Part shown: positions 29,780-39,971 of the stretch, piece by piece
Numbering within the stretch: the first letter of the stretch is position 1
Layout of the letters: every line of letters begins with the position of its first letter
NCBI RefSeq assembly: GCF_944388125.1
Contig: NZ_CALXHO010000003.1
Length of the DNA: 64,000 bases
Direction: 5' to 3' (one strand)
Source: an uncultured Gemmiger sp.
Lineage (GTDB): Bacteria > Bacillota > Clostridia > Oscillospirales > Ruminococcaceae
Program-made: the position numbers and the translations under genes
The notes under the pieces: model-generated
The model's input: only the letters and a program-made list of their open reading frames with translations
What the model was told of the DNA's origin: nothing
Databases searched by the model: none

Positions 29780-30265
29780 ATGCAAAATATTGACCTGATC
29801 TGTATCGGAAAACTCAGCACCTCCTTTTACGCCTCCGGTGTGGCCGAGTACCAGAAGCGGCTGGCGGCTTTCTGCAATTTCCGCATCATTGAGCTGCCCG
29901 AAGCCACAGTGGATGAGCGTCATGCCGGGGACGCCCAGATTGCCCGTGCGCTGGACAAGGAGGCCAAGGCCATCCTCGGCTCCCTGCGTAAGGGAGAATA
30001 TCTGGCGGCGCTCTGCATTGAGGGCAAGCAGATTTCCAGTGAAGAACTTGCCAAAATGATCGCCGACCGGGCCATGAGTGGTTCGGGCGATATGGCCTTC
30101 GTCATCGGATCTTCCCATGGGCTGGCCGACAGCGTCAAGCGCGCAGCACAGGCCAGGATCTCCATGGGGCGCATCACCATGCCCCACCAGATGGCCCGTC
30201 TGGTTCTGACCGAACAGCTCTACCGGGCGTTCTCCATCAATGCCGGCATGAAGTATCATAAGTAA
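29780..30265 (+). CDS. rlmH: 23S rRNA m3Psi1915 methyltransferase
   Basis: FVIGSSHG, TMPHQMARLVLTEQLYRA, KYHK end. Confidence 0.96.
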   Translation: MQNIDLICIGKLSTSFYASGVAEYQKRLAAFCNFRIIELPEATVDERHAGDAQIARALDKEAKAILGSLRKGEYLAALCIEGKQISSEELAKMIADRAMSGSGDMAFVIGSSHGLADSVKRAAQARISMGRITMPHQMARLVLTEQLYRAFSINAGMKYHK

Positions 30266-30298
30266 CGAACCCGTTGTCCAACTGAGGGAGGGACGATC

Positions 30299-31537
30299 AT
30301 GCGCCGCAGCCTGCTGTGTGGAATGCTTGCCCTGGGTGGATGCCTGCTTCTGTGCGGCTGTACCTTCCGGGCAGACCCGCCTTTGGCGCAGGTGACGGCC
30401 ACCCCTGAAAGCAGCTCCGCCATCTCTCCGATTGGGGAAAGTCCGGACAATGCAGAAGGGGAACCGCAGGAAATGTCGGAACTTTTGGCGGGTATGACCC
30501 TGCGGGAAAAGGTGGGACAATTGTTTTTTGTCCGTCCCGATGCCCTGGATCTGTCCCAGACACGGCAGCAGATCAATGACGCCGATGCTGCGGGCGTGAC
30601 GACGCTTTCTGATCTCATGAGAGATACTCTGGACCGGTATCCGGTGGGTGGGGTGGTCTTGTTCGGCAAAAACCTGACGGATTCCAAACAGCTTTCCGAT
30701 TTTACCGCTCAATTGCATGGAGTGGGAAAGACGCCGCTGCTCATCGCGGTGGATGAGGAAGGCGGGACGGTTGCCCGCCTGGCCAATCACTCCGGGTTTT
30801 ACAGTCTGCCGGACTATCCCAGTGCTGCACAGGTTGCCGCTGGCGGCACCGATGCCGTATATGAGATGAGCTCCGCCATCGGCGGCTACCTCAAGGCATA
30901 CGGCATTGATCTGGACTTTGCCCCGGTTGCGGATGTGAACACCAACCCGGACAACCCCATTATTGGCGAGCGCGCCTTTTCCGAGGATCCGCAGCAGGCG
31001 GCGGATCTGGTCGGTGCGGCGGTGAAAGGGTTTCACGACGGTGGCGTGCTGTGTTGCCTCAAGCACTATCCCGGCCATGGCGACACGGCCGAGGACAGTC
31101 ACAAGGATCTGGCCGTGACGCAGAAGGACTGGCAGCAGCTTCTGGACTGTGAGCTGGTGCCGTTCCGGGCCGGAATCCACGCCGGGGCGGATCTTGTTAT
31201 GGCGGGGCATATCGCCGCGCCCGGGGTGACGGGGGAGGATATCCCGGCTTCACTCTCTCCCGAGCTATTGCAAAGGCTGCGGCAGGAACTGGACTTTGAC
31301 GGCGTGATTGTGACCGATTCGCTGGCCATGGAGGGCATCACCAAACAATATTCTCCCGCGCAGGCGGCAGTACTGGCCGTACAGGCGGGAGCCGATATCC
31401 TGCTCATGCCGGATGACCTTGCCGAGGCCTTTGATGCAGTGGTCACGGCGGTGGAGGCGGGGGCCATTCCCGAATCCCGCATTGATGAGAGTGCGGCGCG
31501 GATTCTGGCACTCAAGCAGAAAAGTGGACTGATCTGA
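30299..31537 (+). CDS. Secreted/lipoprotein GH3 beta-N-acetylglucosaminidase (NagZ-like)
   Basis: Signal peptide with LCGC lipobox-like; DEEGG.V.R; KHYPGHGDTAEDSH; TDSLAM nucleophile. Confidence 0.88.
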   Translation: MRRSLLCGMLALGGCLLLCGCTFRADPPLAQVTATPESSSAISPIGESPDNAEGEPQEMSELLAGMTLREKVGQLFFVRPDALDLSQTRQQINDADAAGVTTLSDLMRDTLDRYPVGGVVLFGKNLTDSKQLSDFTAQLHGVGKTPLLIAVDEEGGTVARLANHSGFYSLPDYPSAAQVAAGGTDAVYEMSSAIGGYLKAYGIDLDFAPVADVNTNPDNPIIGERAFSEDPQQAADLVGAAVKGFHDGGVLCCLKHYPGHGDTAEDSHKDLAVTQKDWQQLLDCELVPFRAGIHAGADLVMAGHIAAPGVTGEDIPASLSPELLQRLRQELDFDGVIVTDSLAMEGITKQYSPAQAAVLAVQAGADILLMPDDLAEAFDAVVTAVEAGAIPESRIDESAARILALKQKSGLI

Positions 31538-31550
31538 CGGAGGAAACGAG

Positions 31551-32606
31551 ATGTATACAGTGGACGGGGCTTTTTTTGCCCAGCGGGTATCGGGCATCCA
31601 GCGGTATTCCATCGAACTTCTGGCGGAGCTGGACCGGATTCTTTCTCCGGGGGAACTGGAAATCGCGGTGCCCAAAAATGTCAGAACACCGGAATACCGG
31701 AATATCCGTGTGGTATCCTGCGGCAGCCACAGCGGTATGCTGTGGGAGCAGACCGATTACCCCCGTTACCTCCGGCAAAATGGACGCAAGGGACTCTGTA
31801 CCTGCAATGTCATGCCGTTGTTTGGATTTTCCGGCATGGTTGTGGTGCACGATGTCTGCTATCGTGCCCGGCCTGACTTCTATACCGATGCCCGCAGCCG
31901 CCTGAGCGCAGCCTGGCACCGGTTGCAGTATCGGGTTATCGCAAAAAAAGCGGAACATATTATTACAGTGTCTCAGTTTTCCCGCAGTGAATTGCAGCGG
32001 TATTATGGAGTAAACCCGGACCGTGTGACGGTCATCCCCAACGCCTGGCAGCATATGCAGCGCACCGAGCCAGACCCCACGGCTTTTGAAAAGTGGCCGG
32101 AGCTCCACCCGGGCGAATATTATTTTTCCATGTCCAATCTGCTCAAAAACAAGAATTTTCCATGGGTATTGCGTGCAGCCAAGGCCAAACCGGAAGCAAT
32201 CTTTGCCATTGCAGGCGGAGGCAATCTGGCAAAAGCGGCGGGGGAGATGGGACTGGAAAATCTGCCCAATGTACGCTATCTTGGCTATGTGTCGGACGGG
32301 GAGGCCAAAACGCTCATGGCAAACTGCAAGGCATTTCTCTTCCCCACGCTGTACGAGGGTTTCGGTATTCCGCCTCTGGAGGCCATTGCCTGCGGTGCGC
32401 CCCGTGTCCTGGTCAGCGACACCCCCTGTATGCGGGAAGTTTACGGCAGCCATGCGGACTACATCGATCTGGAGACCAACCCCGGCAATGTGGATGACGT
32501 TACCCCCGGACACAATGCAGCAGGCGTGCTGGCGCGCTATTCCTGGGCGGACAGCGCCCGCCAGCTGGCACAACTCCTGCGGGGAGAAACTGCTGCCGGC
32601 GTCTGA
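31551..32606 (+). CDS. GT4 (GT-B) glycosyltransferase
   Basis: SGIQRY, VVHD, TVSQFS, FPTLYEGFGIPPLEA. Confidence 0.92.
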   Translation: MYTVDGAFFAQRVSGIQRYSIELLAELDRILSPGELEIAVPKNVRTPEYRNIRVVSCGSHSGMLWEQTDYPRYLRQNGRKGLCTCNVMPLFGFSGMVVVHDVCYRARPDFYTDARSRLSAAWHRLQYRVIAKKAEHIITVSQFSRSELQRYYGVNPDRVTVIPNAWQHMQRTEPDPTAFEKWPELHPGEYYFSMSNLLKNKNFPWVLRAAKAKPEAIFAIAGGGNLAKAAGEMGLENLPNVRYLGYVSDGEAKTLMANCKAFLFPTLYEGFGIPPLEAIACGAPRVLVSDTPCMREVYGSHADYIDLETNPGNVDDVTPGHNAAGVLARYSWADSARQLAQLLRGETAAGV

Positions 32607-32640
32607 TGTGCGCGTGGGATCTTTATAAAAGAAATACAGA

Positions 32641-32684
32641 CAAAAAGGCTGTGCCCGATTGGGATGGGGCACAGCCTTTTCTTT
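32641..32684. terminator. Bidirectional terminator
   Basis: AAAAGGCTGTGCCC...GGGCACAGCCTTTT. Confidence 0.85.
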
Positions 32685-32748
32685 GTTGCAATTGTATGGA
32701 GGGAAGGAGCCTGCCAGGCCTCCGGTCCCGACAGCGGAAACACAAGCC

Positions 32749-33759
32749 TTACAGCAGGGCGATACCGGCCTCCTTGCAGGCGGCAACGGTATCGGCATCC
32801 CACAGGCTGACCTGCACTTCGCCCACGTGGGCCTTGCCCAACAGCAGCATGCACAGACGGCTCTGACCGATGCCGCCGCCCATGGTCAGGGGAAGCTCTC
32901 CATTCAGCAGCATCTTGTGGAAGGGCAGCTCGGCGCGCTCGGGGCAGCCGGCCTCCTCCAGCTGACGGCGCAGGCTCTCGGCATTGACGCGGATGCCCAT
33001 GCTGGAGAGCTCCAGCGCGCAGCCCAGAGCTTTGTGCCAGAACAAGATATCGCAGTTCAGCGCCCAGTCATCGTAGTCGGGGGCACGGCCGTCGTGAGGC
33101 TTGCCGCTGCGCAGCTTGCCGCCGATCTGAAGAATGCAGGCAGTTTTGTGTTCACGGACAAAGGCATTCTCCCTCTCTTTGGGGGTCAGGTTGGGGTAGC
33201 GGTCCTCCAGCTCCTGGGAGGTGATAAAGGTCACATCACGGCTCAGGACAATCTTTTTCAGGGCAGGAAATTTCCAGCGCAGCTCATCCGCAGTTCCGCA
33301 GACGGCATCGACGATGTCATGCACCGTGTCCTCCAGAAAGTCCAGCGTGCGCTGGCGTTCGGTGATGACTTTCTCCCAGTCCCACTGGTCCACGTAGATG
33401 CTGTGGAGATTGTCCAGATCCTCATCCCGGCGGATGGCGTTCATGTCGGTGACAAGACCCTGCCCGGCGCGGAACCCATACTTGCCCAGTGCATAGCGCT
33501 TCCACTTGGCAAGGCTGTGCACGACCTCAGCGTTCTCGTTGAGGCAGGGAACATCAAAGGCGACAGGACGCTCAACACCGTTCAGATCGTCGTTGAGACC
33601 GCTGCCGTGGGCGACGAACAGGGGGGCGGTGACCCGTTTCAGGTGCAGCGCCGCACAGAGCTTTTCCTGAAAGATGGTCTTGATGAGGCCGATGGCTTTC
33701 TGGGTATCATACAGGCCCAGAGTGCTCTTGTAATTCTTGGGAATGACAATGTTGGACAT
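32749..33759 (-). CDS. asnA: Aspartate--ammonia ligase
   Basis: VVHSLAKWKR, HSIYVDQWDWE, RAPDYDDW, GGGIGQSR. Confidence 0.97.
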   Translation of the reverse strand: MSNIVIPKNYKSTLGLYDTQKAIGLIKTIFQEKLCAALHLKRVTAPLFVAHGSGLNDDLNGVERPVAFDVPCLNENAEVVHSLAKWKRYALGKYGFRAGQGLVTDMNAIRRDEDLDNLHSIYVDQWDWEKVITERQRTLDFLEDTVHDIVDAVCGTADELRWKFPALKKIVLSRDVTFITSQELEDRYPNLTPKERENAFVREHKTACILQIGGKLRSGKPHDGRAPDYDDWALNCDILFWHKALGCALELSSMGIRVNAESLRRQLEEAGCPERAELPFHKMLLNGELPLTMGGGIGQSRLCMLLLGKAHVGEVQVSLWDADTVAACKEAGIALL

Positions 33760-33819
33760 GACTTCCATCCTCTCTGCTGCGGCGGTTCGGCGGTCTGCCG
33801 AGGCCGGGAAATATCTTCC

Positions 33820-33848
33820 ATTATAACGGTTGCGCGCAGCTGCGTCAA
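33820..33848 (-). promoter_or_regulatory. sigmaA promoter of asnA
   Basis: TTGACG-17nt-TATAAT. Confidence 0.8.
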
Positions 33849-33866
33849 ACTGTGTGCGTCAGGCGG

Positions 33867-35630
33867 TCAGCTCTTGGCAAACTGGCTCTGGTACAGCTGA
33901 GCATAGAATCCACCCTTGGCCAGAAGCTCTTCATGGGTGCCCCGCTCGATGATGTTGCCTGCCTTCATGACCAGGATGCAGTCGGCGTTCTTGATGGTGG
34001 ACAGGCGATGGGCCACGATAAAGCTGGTGCGGCCTTTCATGAGCTCTTCAAAGGCACTCTGGACAAGGATCTCGGTGCGGGTATCAATGGAGGAGGTCGC
34101 CTCGTCCAGGATCAGGATAGGCGGGCGGCGCAGCATGACACGGGCAATGCAGAGCAGCTGCTTCTGGCCCTGACTGATGTTGCCGCCGTCCTCAGTGATG
34201 ACGGTGTCGTAGCCGTTGGGCATCCGGCAGATGAAACTGTGGGCGCGGGCCTGCTTGGCGGCAGCGATGATCTCCTCCCGGGTGGCATCGGGCTTGCCGT
34301 AGGCGATGTTTTCAGCAATGGTACCGGCCTTGAGCCAGGTTTCCTGCAAAACCATGCCGAAGTTTGCCCGCAGGGAATCCCGCGTTACCTGGTCGATAGG
34401 TTCGCCGTCCACGCGCAGGGAGCCGCCGTTGATCTCATAAAAGCGCATGAGCAGATTGACCAGGGTGGTCTTGCCGCAGCCGGTGGGACCGACCAGAGCA
34501 ATGCGCTGCCCCGGTTCTGCTTTCAGACACATGTCCTCGATCAGGGGAACATCCGGAACATAGCGGAACTTGACATGATCGAATTCCACCTGCCCGGCTC
34601 CGTGCGGCAGCACTTTGGCATCGGGGGCATCGGGACGGATGGGGTCCTCGTCAATGAGGTCAAAGACCCGCTGGGCGCAGGCCAGAGCATTCTGCAGCTC
34701 AGTCATGACGCTGGAAATATCGTTGAACGGCTTGGTGTACTGGTTGGCGTAGTTGAGGAAGGCGTACAGGCCGCCCACCGTGATGGAACCGCCGATGGCA
34801 AGGAATGCACCGATAACGCCCACCGCTGCATAGACCAGTGAATTGACAAAGCGGGTGGCCGGGTTGGAGATGGAGGAATAGAACACCGCCCGGACGCCGC
34901 AGCGCTGGAGATCAAGGTTGATCTTTTCAAAGCGTTCCTCCGCGCGGGATTCATAGCCGAAAGCGCGGACCAGATGCTCATTGCCCACAAGCTCCTCTAC
35001 CAGGGAGGTCATCTCGGCGCGGGTTTCGCTCTGGACCTTGAACATGGAGTAAGTGTGTTCGGCGATAAAGCGGGCCACAAAGATGGACAGCGGGGTCAGC
35101 AGTACGACGATGAGGGCAATGCGCCACTCGATCACCAGCATGATGCCCAGGGTGCCAAGAATGGTCAGTACGCCGGTGAACAGCTGGGTAAAGCCCATGA
35201 GCAGACCGTCGGAGAACTGTTCCACATCGGTGGTGATGCGGCTGATGGCATCGCCGGGGCGGTGAGCGTCCATGTAGCTCAGGGGAAGCACCTGCATATG
35301 CTCAAAGGCCTTGACCCGGATGTCCCGAACCACCTGGAAGGTGATGCGGTTGTTGACGAGATTCATCAGCCACTGTGCCACCACAGTGATCAGAATGGTT
35401 GCGACAAGCTGGGCGCCAAGCGTCAGCAGGGAGGTAAAATCCACATTTCCGGGCCCGACGATGAGGTCGACGCCGCGCCCCGTCAGTACGGGAGCGTACA
35501 GAGTGGAAATCACGGTGACGGCGGCCAGGACCAGAGTGGCAGCCACCGACAGACGGTAAGGCCGGATCAGGTCCATGACCCGGCGGATGGTGGCGGCGTC
35601 CGCCTTGCGGAGTTTCTTCTTCTTGCTCAT
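33867..35630 (-). CDS. ABC exporter TMD-NBD subunit (consensus half)
   Basis: GPTGCGKT, ISQGQ, LDEATS, AHRLST. Confidence 0.94.
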   Translation of the reverse strand: MSKKKKLRKADAATIRRVMDLIRPYRLSVAATLVLAAVTVISTLYAPVLTGRGVDLIVGPGNVDFTSLLTLGAQLVATILITVVAQWLMNLVNNRITFQVVRDIRVKAFEHMQVLPLSYMDAHRPGDAISRITTDVEQFSDGLLMGFTQLFTGVLTILGTLGIMLVIEWRIALIVVLLTPLSIFVARFIAEHTYSMFKVQSETRAEMTSLVEELVGNEHLVRAFGYESRAEERFEKINLDLQRCGVRAVFYSSISNPATRFVNSLVYAAVGVIGAFLAIGGSITVGGLYAFLNYANQYTKPFNDISSVMTELQNALACAQRVFDLIDEDPIRPDAPDAKVLPHGAGQVEFDHVKFRYVPDVPLIEDMCLKAEPGQRIALVGPTGCGKTTLVNLLMRFYEINGGSLRVDGEPIDQVTRDSLRANFGMVLQETWLKAGTIAENIAYGKPDATREEIIAAAKQARAHSFICRMPNGYDTVITEDGGNISQGQKQLLCIARVMLRRPPILILDEATSSIDTRTEILVQSAFEELMKGRTSFIVAHRLSTIKNADCILVMKAGNIIERGTHEELLAKGGFYAQLYQSQFAKS

Positions 35631-37366
35631 AACGTGCGGGACACCTCCTCCTTGGAAAGCTGGCTCAGACAGATCTCACGGTAGACGTCGCAGCTCTTGA
35701 GCAGTCCGGCGTGGGTCCCAAGCCCGGCGGCGGAGCCGTCGTCCAGGACCAGGATCTTGTCGGCCCGCTGTACCGAGGCTGCCCGCTGGGATACGATAAA
35801 GACCGTCATGCCGCGGGTCTTTTCCTTGATGGCGGAACGCAGTGCCGCATCGGTGGCATAGTCCAAAGCCGAGGCACTGTCGTCCAGAATCAGGATACGG
35901 GGCATAGGAACGAGAGCCCGGGCAATGGTCAGACGCTGACGCTGGCCGCCCGAGAAGTTGCGCCCGGCGGTCTCCACCGGAGCATCCAGGCCACCCGGTT
36001 TTTCACGGACAAAATCCGCTGCCTGGGCGATTTCCAGGGCGGTCCAGATCTCCTCATCGGTGGCGTCAGGCTTGGCCCAGCGCATGTTGTCCCGGATGGT
36101 ACCGGTAAACAGCACGGCCTTCTGGGGGACGATACCCACAAGGCGGCGCAGCTGGGCAAAACTGTACACCCGGACGTCATGTCCGAACAGGGAAACCTGC
36201 CCGGTGGTGGCATCGTAGAAGCGGGGGATCAGGTCGATGAGCGTTGTCTTGCCGCTGCCGGTACCACCGATAATGCCGATGGTCTCGCCCGGGGCGGCGT
36301 GCAAGGTGATGTTTTCCAGGCTGGGGGCACCGGCACCGTTGTAGGTGAAGCTGACACCGTCCAGGGAGACCGCATCGGAGTCTGCCACCCCTGCCAGTTC
36401 GGGGGCGGCGGGATCCGGCATGGTGCAGGGGGTGTTCAAAACCTCGGTCACGCGCAGGGCACTGGCGATGGCGCGGGTCGCCACAATGACCAGATCGGCC
36501 ACACGCAGCAGATTGAGCAGGATCTGGCTCAGATAGTTGATAAGGGCAGTGATCTCACCCTGAGTAAGGGTGCCGGTATCCACCTCGCGTCCTCCATACC
36601 AGAGAACGGCAATAACGCCCAGGTTCACGACCAGATAGGTCAGAGGATTCATCAGTGCCGAGATCCGCCCGGCGGCCAGCTGGAAATCCCTCAGCCGGTC
36701 GTTGGTGGCGGCAAAGTCAGCCATCTCGTCCTGCTGGCGGGCAAAGGCACGCACCACGCGGGCGCCCACGTAATTTTCCCGGGTCAGCAGGGTAACACGG
36801 TCCAGGGTGCTCTGGGACTTGTGGTACATGGGGACTGTGGCCCGCATGATGAGGTAGATGATGAGGGAGATCACCGCCGTGATGAGCAAAAACCAGAGTG
36901 TCAGCCTGGGACTGATGGTGAACGCCATCACAATGGCACCGATGACAATGAACGGGCAGCGCAGCAGCAGGCGCAAAGTCATGTTCAGCCCGTTCTGCAC
37001 CTGGTTGATGTCGCTGGTCATGCGGGTGACCAGGGTGGGGGTGCCGATGTTGTCCAGCTCGGTGTAGGACAGGGTATCGATATGGGCAAATAGGTCCCGC
37101 CGCAGCGCGGTGCCGAATCCCAGCGCAGATTTGGCGGCAAAATACTGTGCCGTCAGACTGCACACCATGCCGACCACCGCCAGCAGGACCAGCAGTCCGC
37201 ACTGACGCCAGATCATGGGAACGTCGGCATTTCTGATGCCTTCATCGATGATCGTCGCCATGACGATGGGAACCAGAAGTTCAAAACAGGCTTCCAGCAT
37301 CTTGAAAAGGGGAGCGATCACGGTCTCTTTTTCGTAACCGCGTATGTAACGGAGTAATCTGTGCAT
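35627..37366 (-). CDS. ABC exporter TMD-NBD subunit (degenerate half of heterodimer)
   Basis: GGTGSGKT, FSGGQ, LDDSAS, SQR; overlaps partner gene. Confidence 0.94.
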   Translation of the reverse strand: MHRLLRYIRGYEKETVIAPLFKMLEACFELLVPIVMATIIDEGIRNADVPMIWRQCGLLVLLAVVGMVCSLTAQYFAAKSALGFGTALRRDLFAHIDTLSYTELDNIGTPTLVTRMTSDINQVQNGLNMTLRLLLRCPFIVIGAIVMAFTISPRLTLWFLLITAVISLIIYLIMRATVPMYHKSQSTLDRVTLLTRENYVGARVVRAFARQQDEMADFAATNDRLRDFQLAAGRISALMNPLTYLVVNLGVIAVLWYGGREVDTGTLTQGEITALINYLSQILLNLLRVADLVIVATRAIASALRVTEVLNTPCTMPDPAAPELAGVADSDAVSLDGVSFTYNGAGAPSLENITLHAAPGETIGIIGGTGSGKTTLIDLIPRFYDATTGQVSLFGHDVRVYSFAQLRRLVGIVPQKAVLFTGTIRDNMRWAKPDATDEEIWTALEIAQAADFVREKPGGLDAPVETAGRNFSGGQRQRLTIARALVPMPRILILDDSASALDYATDAALRSAIKEKTRGMTVFIVSQRAASVQRADKILVLDDGSAAGLGTHAGLLKSCDVYREICLSQLSKEEVSRTL

Positions 37367-37468
37367 AACCTTCCTGCCTTTCCGTGGACTGGAATTCTTG
37401 ACGTTCGTTTACGACCTTGCCGGGAAATCCCCGGGACAGACGGGCAGACTGTCAAAAATCCGACAACT

Positions 37469-37497
37469 ATTATACCACGCAAAAGAGGGCTTTGCCA
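37469..37497 (-). promoter_or_regulatory. sigmaA promoter of ABC operon
   Basis: TGGCAA-17nt-TATAAT with extended TG. Confidence 0.65.
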
Positions 37498-37595
37498 TGA
37501 CTTTTGCCCGCTTTCGATGATTATTTGCCCGGGCTTCGCCTATACTGTCCGTGGAAGGTATGCCGCACGGATACCGGCTGCCTGACAAGGGGGAA

Positions 37596-39881
37596 ATGCT
37601 TATGCTCTATTTTCAAAAAGGACTGTCCCGCCAGACCTGCCGCACGGTGGGCAAGGCGCTGACGCTGGCTTCCCGGGAGGGGTGTTCCAGTGCCGATACC
37701 GGTCACATTCTGCTGGCCATGCTGGAAACGGACAACGGCCCGGCAGCAGAATTCCTGCGCCGCAAACATGTTACTCCGCCGGCGCTGATGGAATGCGCGG
37801 CCCAGCGCAGCTGCCATGGAGCGCCGGTGCGTCTGAAAGCAAAGGATCTGGCACCCGAGACCCGCAAGGCCCTGGAGTTTGCCATTCTGGGGGCAAAGGC
37901 TGCGCGGGCACCCCGGGCGGAAAACGAACACCTTCTCTGTGCCCTGCTGGAGGACTGTGCCTGCACAGCAAGCGTGTGGATGGCACAGCTGGGGGTGGAG
38001 GTCACCCAGGCCGCCCGGGAATGCCGCCAGCTGTCGGGGCAGCTGGTTCTGCCGGCACAGCCCAGGATGAGCACCTCCCGGGGCAGCCGCCCCAGTGAAA
38101 AGTACGGCCGGGATCTGACCCGGCTTGCCCAGGAGGGGCAGCTGGACCCGGTGCTCTGCCGGGATGCGGAGCTTGACCGTATGATTGAGATCCTCTGCCG
38201 CCGCCAGAAAAACAATCCCTGCCTTTTGGGGGAACCCGGCGTGGGCAAAAGTGCCCTGGCGGAAGCGCTGGCCCAGCGCATTGCGTCGGGACAGGTCACT
38301 CAGAGCCTGAGAGGAAAGCGGGTATTGGCTCTGGATATGGCGTCCATGGTGGCAGGAACCAAATACCGCGGCGATTTTGAAGAGCGTTTCAAAAATTTGC
38401 TGGAAGAATTGTACCGCGACCGCTCCACCATTCTTTTCATTGATGAGATCCATGTGATTGCGGGGGCCGGGGCTGCGGAGGGCGCCATTGATGCGGCCAG
38501 CATTTTAAAGCCCATGCTGGCCAGGGGCGAAATCCAGCTGATCGGTGCCACCACCCAGGAGGAATACCGCCGCACCATCCAGAAGGATTCGGCGCTGGAT
38601 CGCCGTTTCGGCAAGGTCATTGTGGACGAACCCAGCCCGGCGGCAGCGGAAAAGATTCTGACGGGACTGATGCCGCGCTACGAACGCTACCACGGCATTG
38701 CCATTCCGGCACAGGCCATCCACGCAGCGGTGGAACTCAGCGTCCGGTATCTGCCGGGGCGATATCTGCCCGACAAGGCCATTGACCTGCTGGATGAGGC
38801 GGCGGCCGCGGTGCGGATCCGCTGTGCGGACCGCCGCGGCGAATCCCTGCCGGAGCTGAAGCCCTCGGACATTGCCCGGGTGGTCAGCAAAGCCAGCGGC
38901 GTGCCGGTGGAACGGGTGGGGGAAGCCGAGCGGGAGCGGCTGTATCAGCTGGAGGACCGGCTTTCCCAGGAAGTCATCGGGCAGCCCAGGGCGGTCAAGG
39001 CGGTGGCGGCGGCCATCCGGCGCAGCCGTACCGGGCTGAGGGAGTCGGGACGGCCCATCGGCGCTATGCTGTTTCTGGGCCCCACAGGCGTAGGAAAGAC
39101 CCAGCTTGCCCGGACGCTGGCAAAGAGCTGGTTCGGCAGCGAGAAAGCCCTGCTCCGCTTTGATATGAGCGAATATATGGAACAGCATACCGTTGCGCGG
39201 ATGATCGGCTCGCCTCCGGGATATGTGGGCCATGATGAGGGCGGCCAGCTGACCGAAGCCGTCCGCCGCCGTCCGTACAGCGTGGTTCTGTTTGATGAGA
39301 TCGAGAAAGCACACGCTGATATCCAGAATGTTCTGCTGCAGATTCTGGAGGACGGCTGTCTGACCGATGCCCAGGGCCGCAAGGCGGATTTTTCCAACAC
39401 CATCATTCTGCTTACCTCCAACCTGGGGGCACGATGCCTGGCGGGGCAGAATTCTCCCCTGGGCTTTGGCTCCGCAGCGGAGGAATCCGACCGCCGCGCC
39501 CAGAAAGCGCTGCAGGAAGCCAAGAACTATTTTCGCCCCGAACTCATGGGCCGTATGGATGAAGTGGTGCTTTTCGATCCTCTCGGCCCGGAGCAGCTGA
39601 CCCACATCGCAGACCGTCTGCTGGGAGAGCTGGAACAGCGCGCTGCTGTACAGGGCTACACACTGCATCATACGCCTGCGGCGGCGGCTGCGCTGGCAGG
39701 CCGGGAAACACCGGTCTACGGAGCCCGGGAACTTCGCCGCAAGGTGGGACGGGCCGTGGAACAGGCGCTTGCCGACCGGATCGCCAGCGGTGATACCATG
39801 CCGGGGGCATCCTTCACAGCGGATGTGGACCCGGATGGGCAGATCGTTTTGCGCAGTGGTGATTTTGCCGCCTGCGTCTGA
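37596..39881 (+). CDS. Class I Clp/Hsp100 ATPase (ClpA/ClpC-like, no M-domain)
   Basis: Double Clp-N repeat, GEPGVGKS, FIDE, RYLPDKAIDLLDEA, GPTGVGKT, PLGF loop, GARELRR. Confidence 0.92.
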   Translation: MLMLYFQKGLSRQTCRTVGKALTLASREGCSSADTGHILLAMLETDNGPAAEFLRRKHVTPPALMECAAQRSCHGAPVRLKAKDLAPETRKALEFAILGAKAARAPRAENEHLLCALLEDCACTASVWMAQLGVEVTQAARECRQLSGQLVLPAQPRMSTSRGSRPSEKYGRDLTRLAQEGQLDPVLCRDAELDRMIEILCRRQKNNPCLLGEPGVGKSALAEALAQRIASGQVTQSLRGKRVLALDMASMVAGTKYRGDFEERFKNLLEELYRDRSTILFIDEIHVIAGAGAAEGAIDAASILKPMLARGEIQLIGATTQEEYRRTIQKDSALDRRFGKVIVDEPSPAAAEKILTGLMPRYERYHGIAIPAQAIHAAVELSVRYLPGRYLPDKAIDLLDEAAAAVRIRCADRRGESLPELKPSDIARVVSKASGVPVERVGEAERERLYQLEDRLSQEVIGQPRAVKAVAAAIRRSRTGLRESGRPIGAMLFLGPTGVGKTQLARTLAKSWFGSEKALLRFDMSEYMEQHTVARMIGSPPGYVGHDEGGQLTEAVRRRPYSVVLFDEIEKAHADIQNVLLQILEDGCLTDAQGRKADFSNTIILLTSNLGARCLAGQNSPLGFGSAAEESDRRAQKALQEAKNYFRPELMGRMDEVVLFDPLGPEQLTHIADRLLGELEQRAAVQGYTLHHTPAAAAALAGRETPVYGARELRRKVGRAVEQALADRIASGDTMPGASFTADVDPDGQIVLRSGDFAACV

Positions 39882-39895
39882 AACTTTTCAATAAA

Positions 39896-39947
39896 AACAA
39901 AAGATCCCCGCGAGGCACAAAATGGCCCGGTGCGGGGATCTTTTGTT
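39896..39947. terminator. Bidirectional terminator
   Basis: AACAAAAGATCCCCGC...GCGGGGATCTTTTGTT. Confidence 0.85.
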
Positions 39948-39971
39948 TGGCTGAATGAGCAGACAGAAAAA

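Noticed and set aside
33760-33820. T-box riboswitch before asnA
   Set aside because: Leader is only about 55 nt and lacks the T-box consensus
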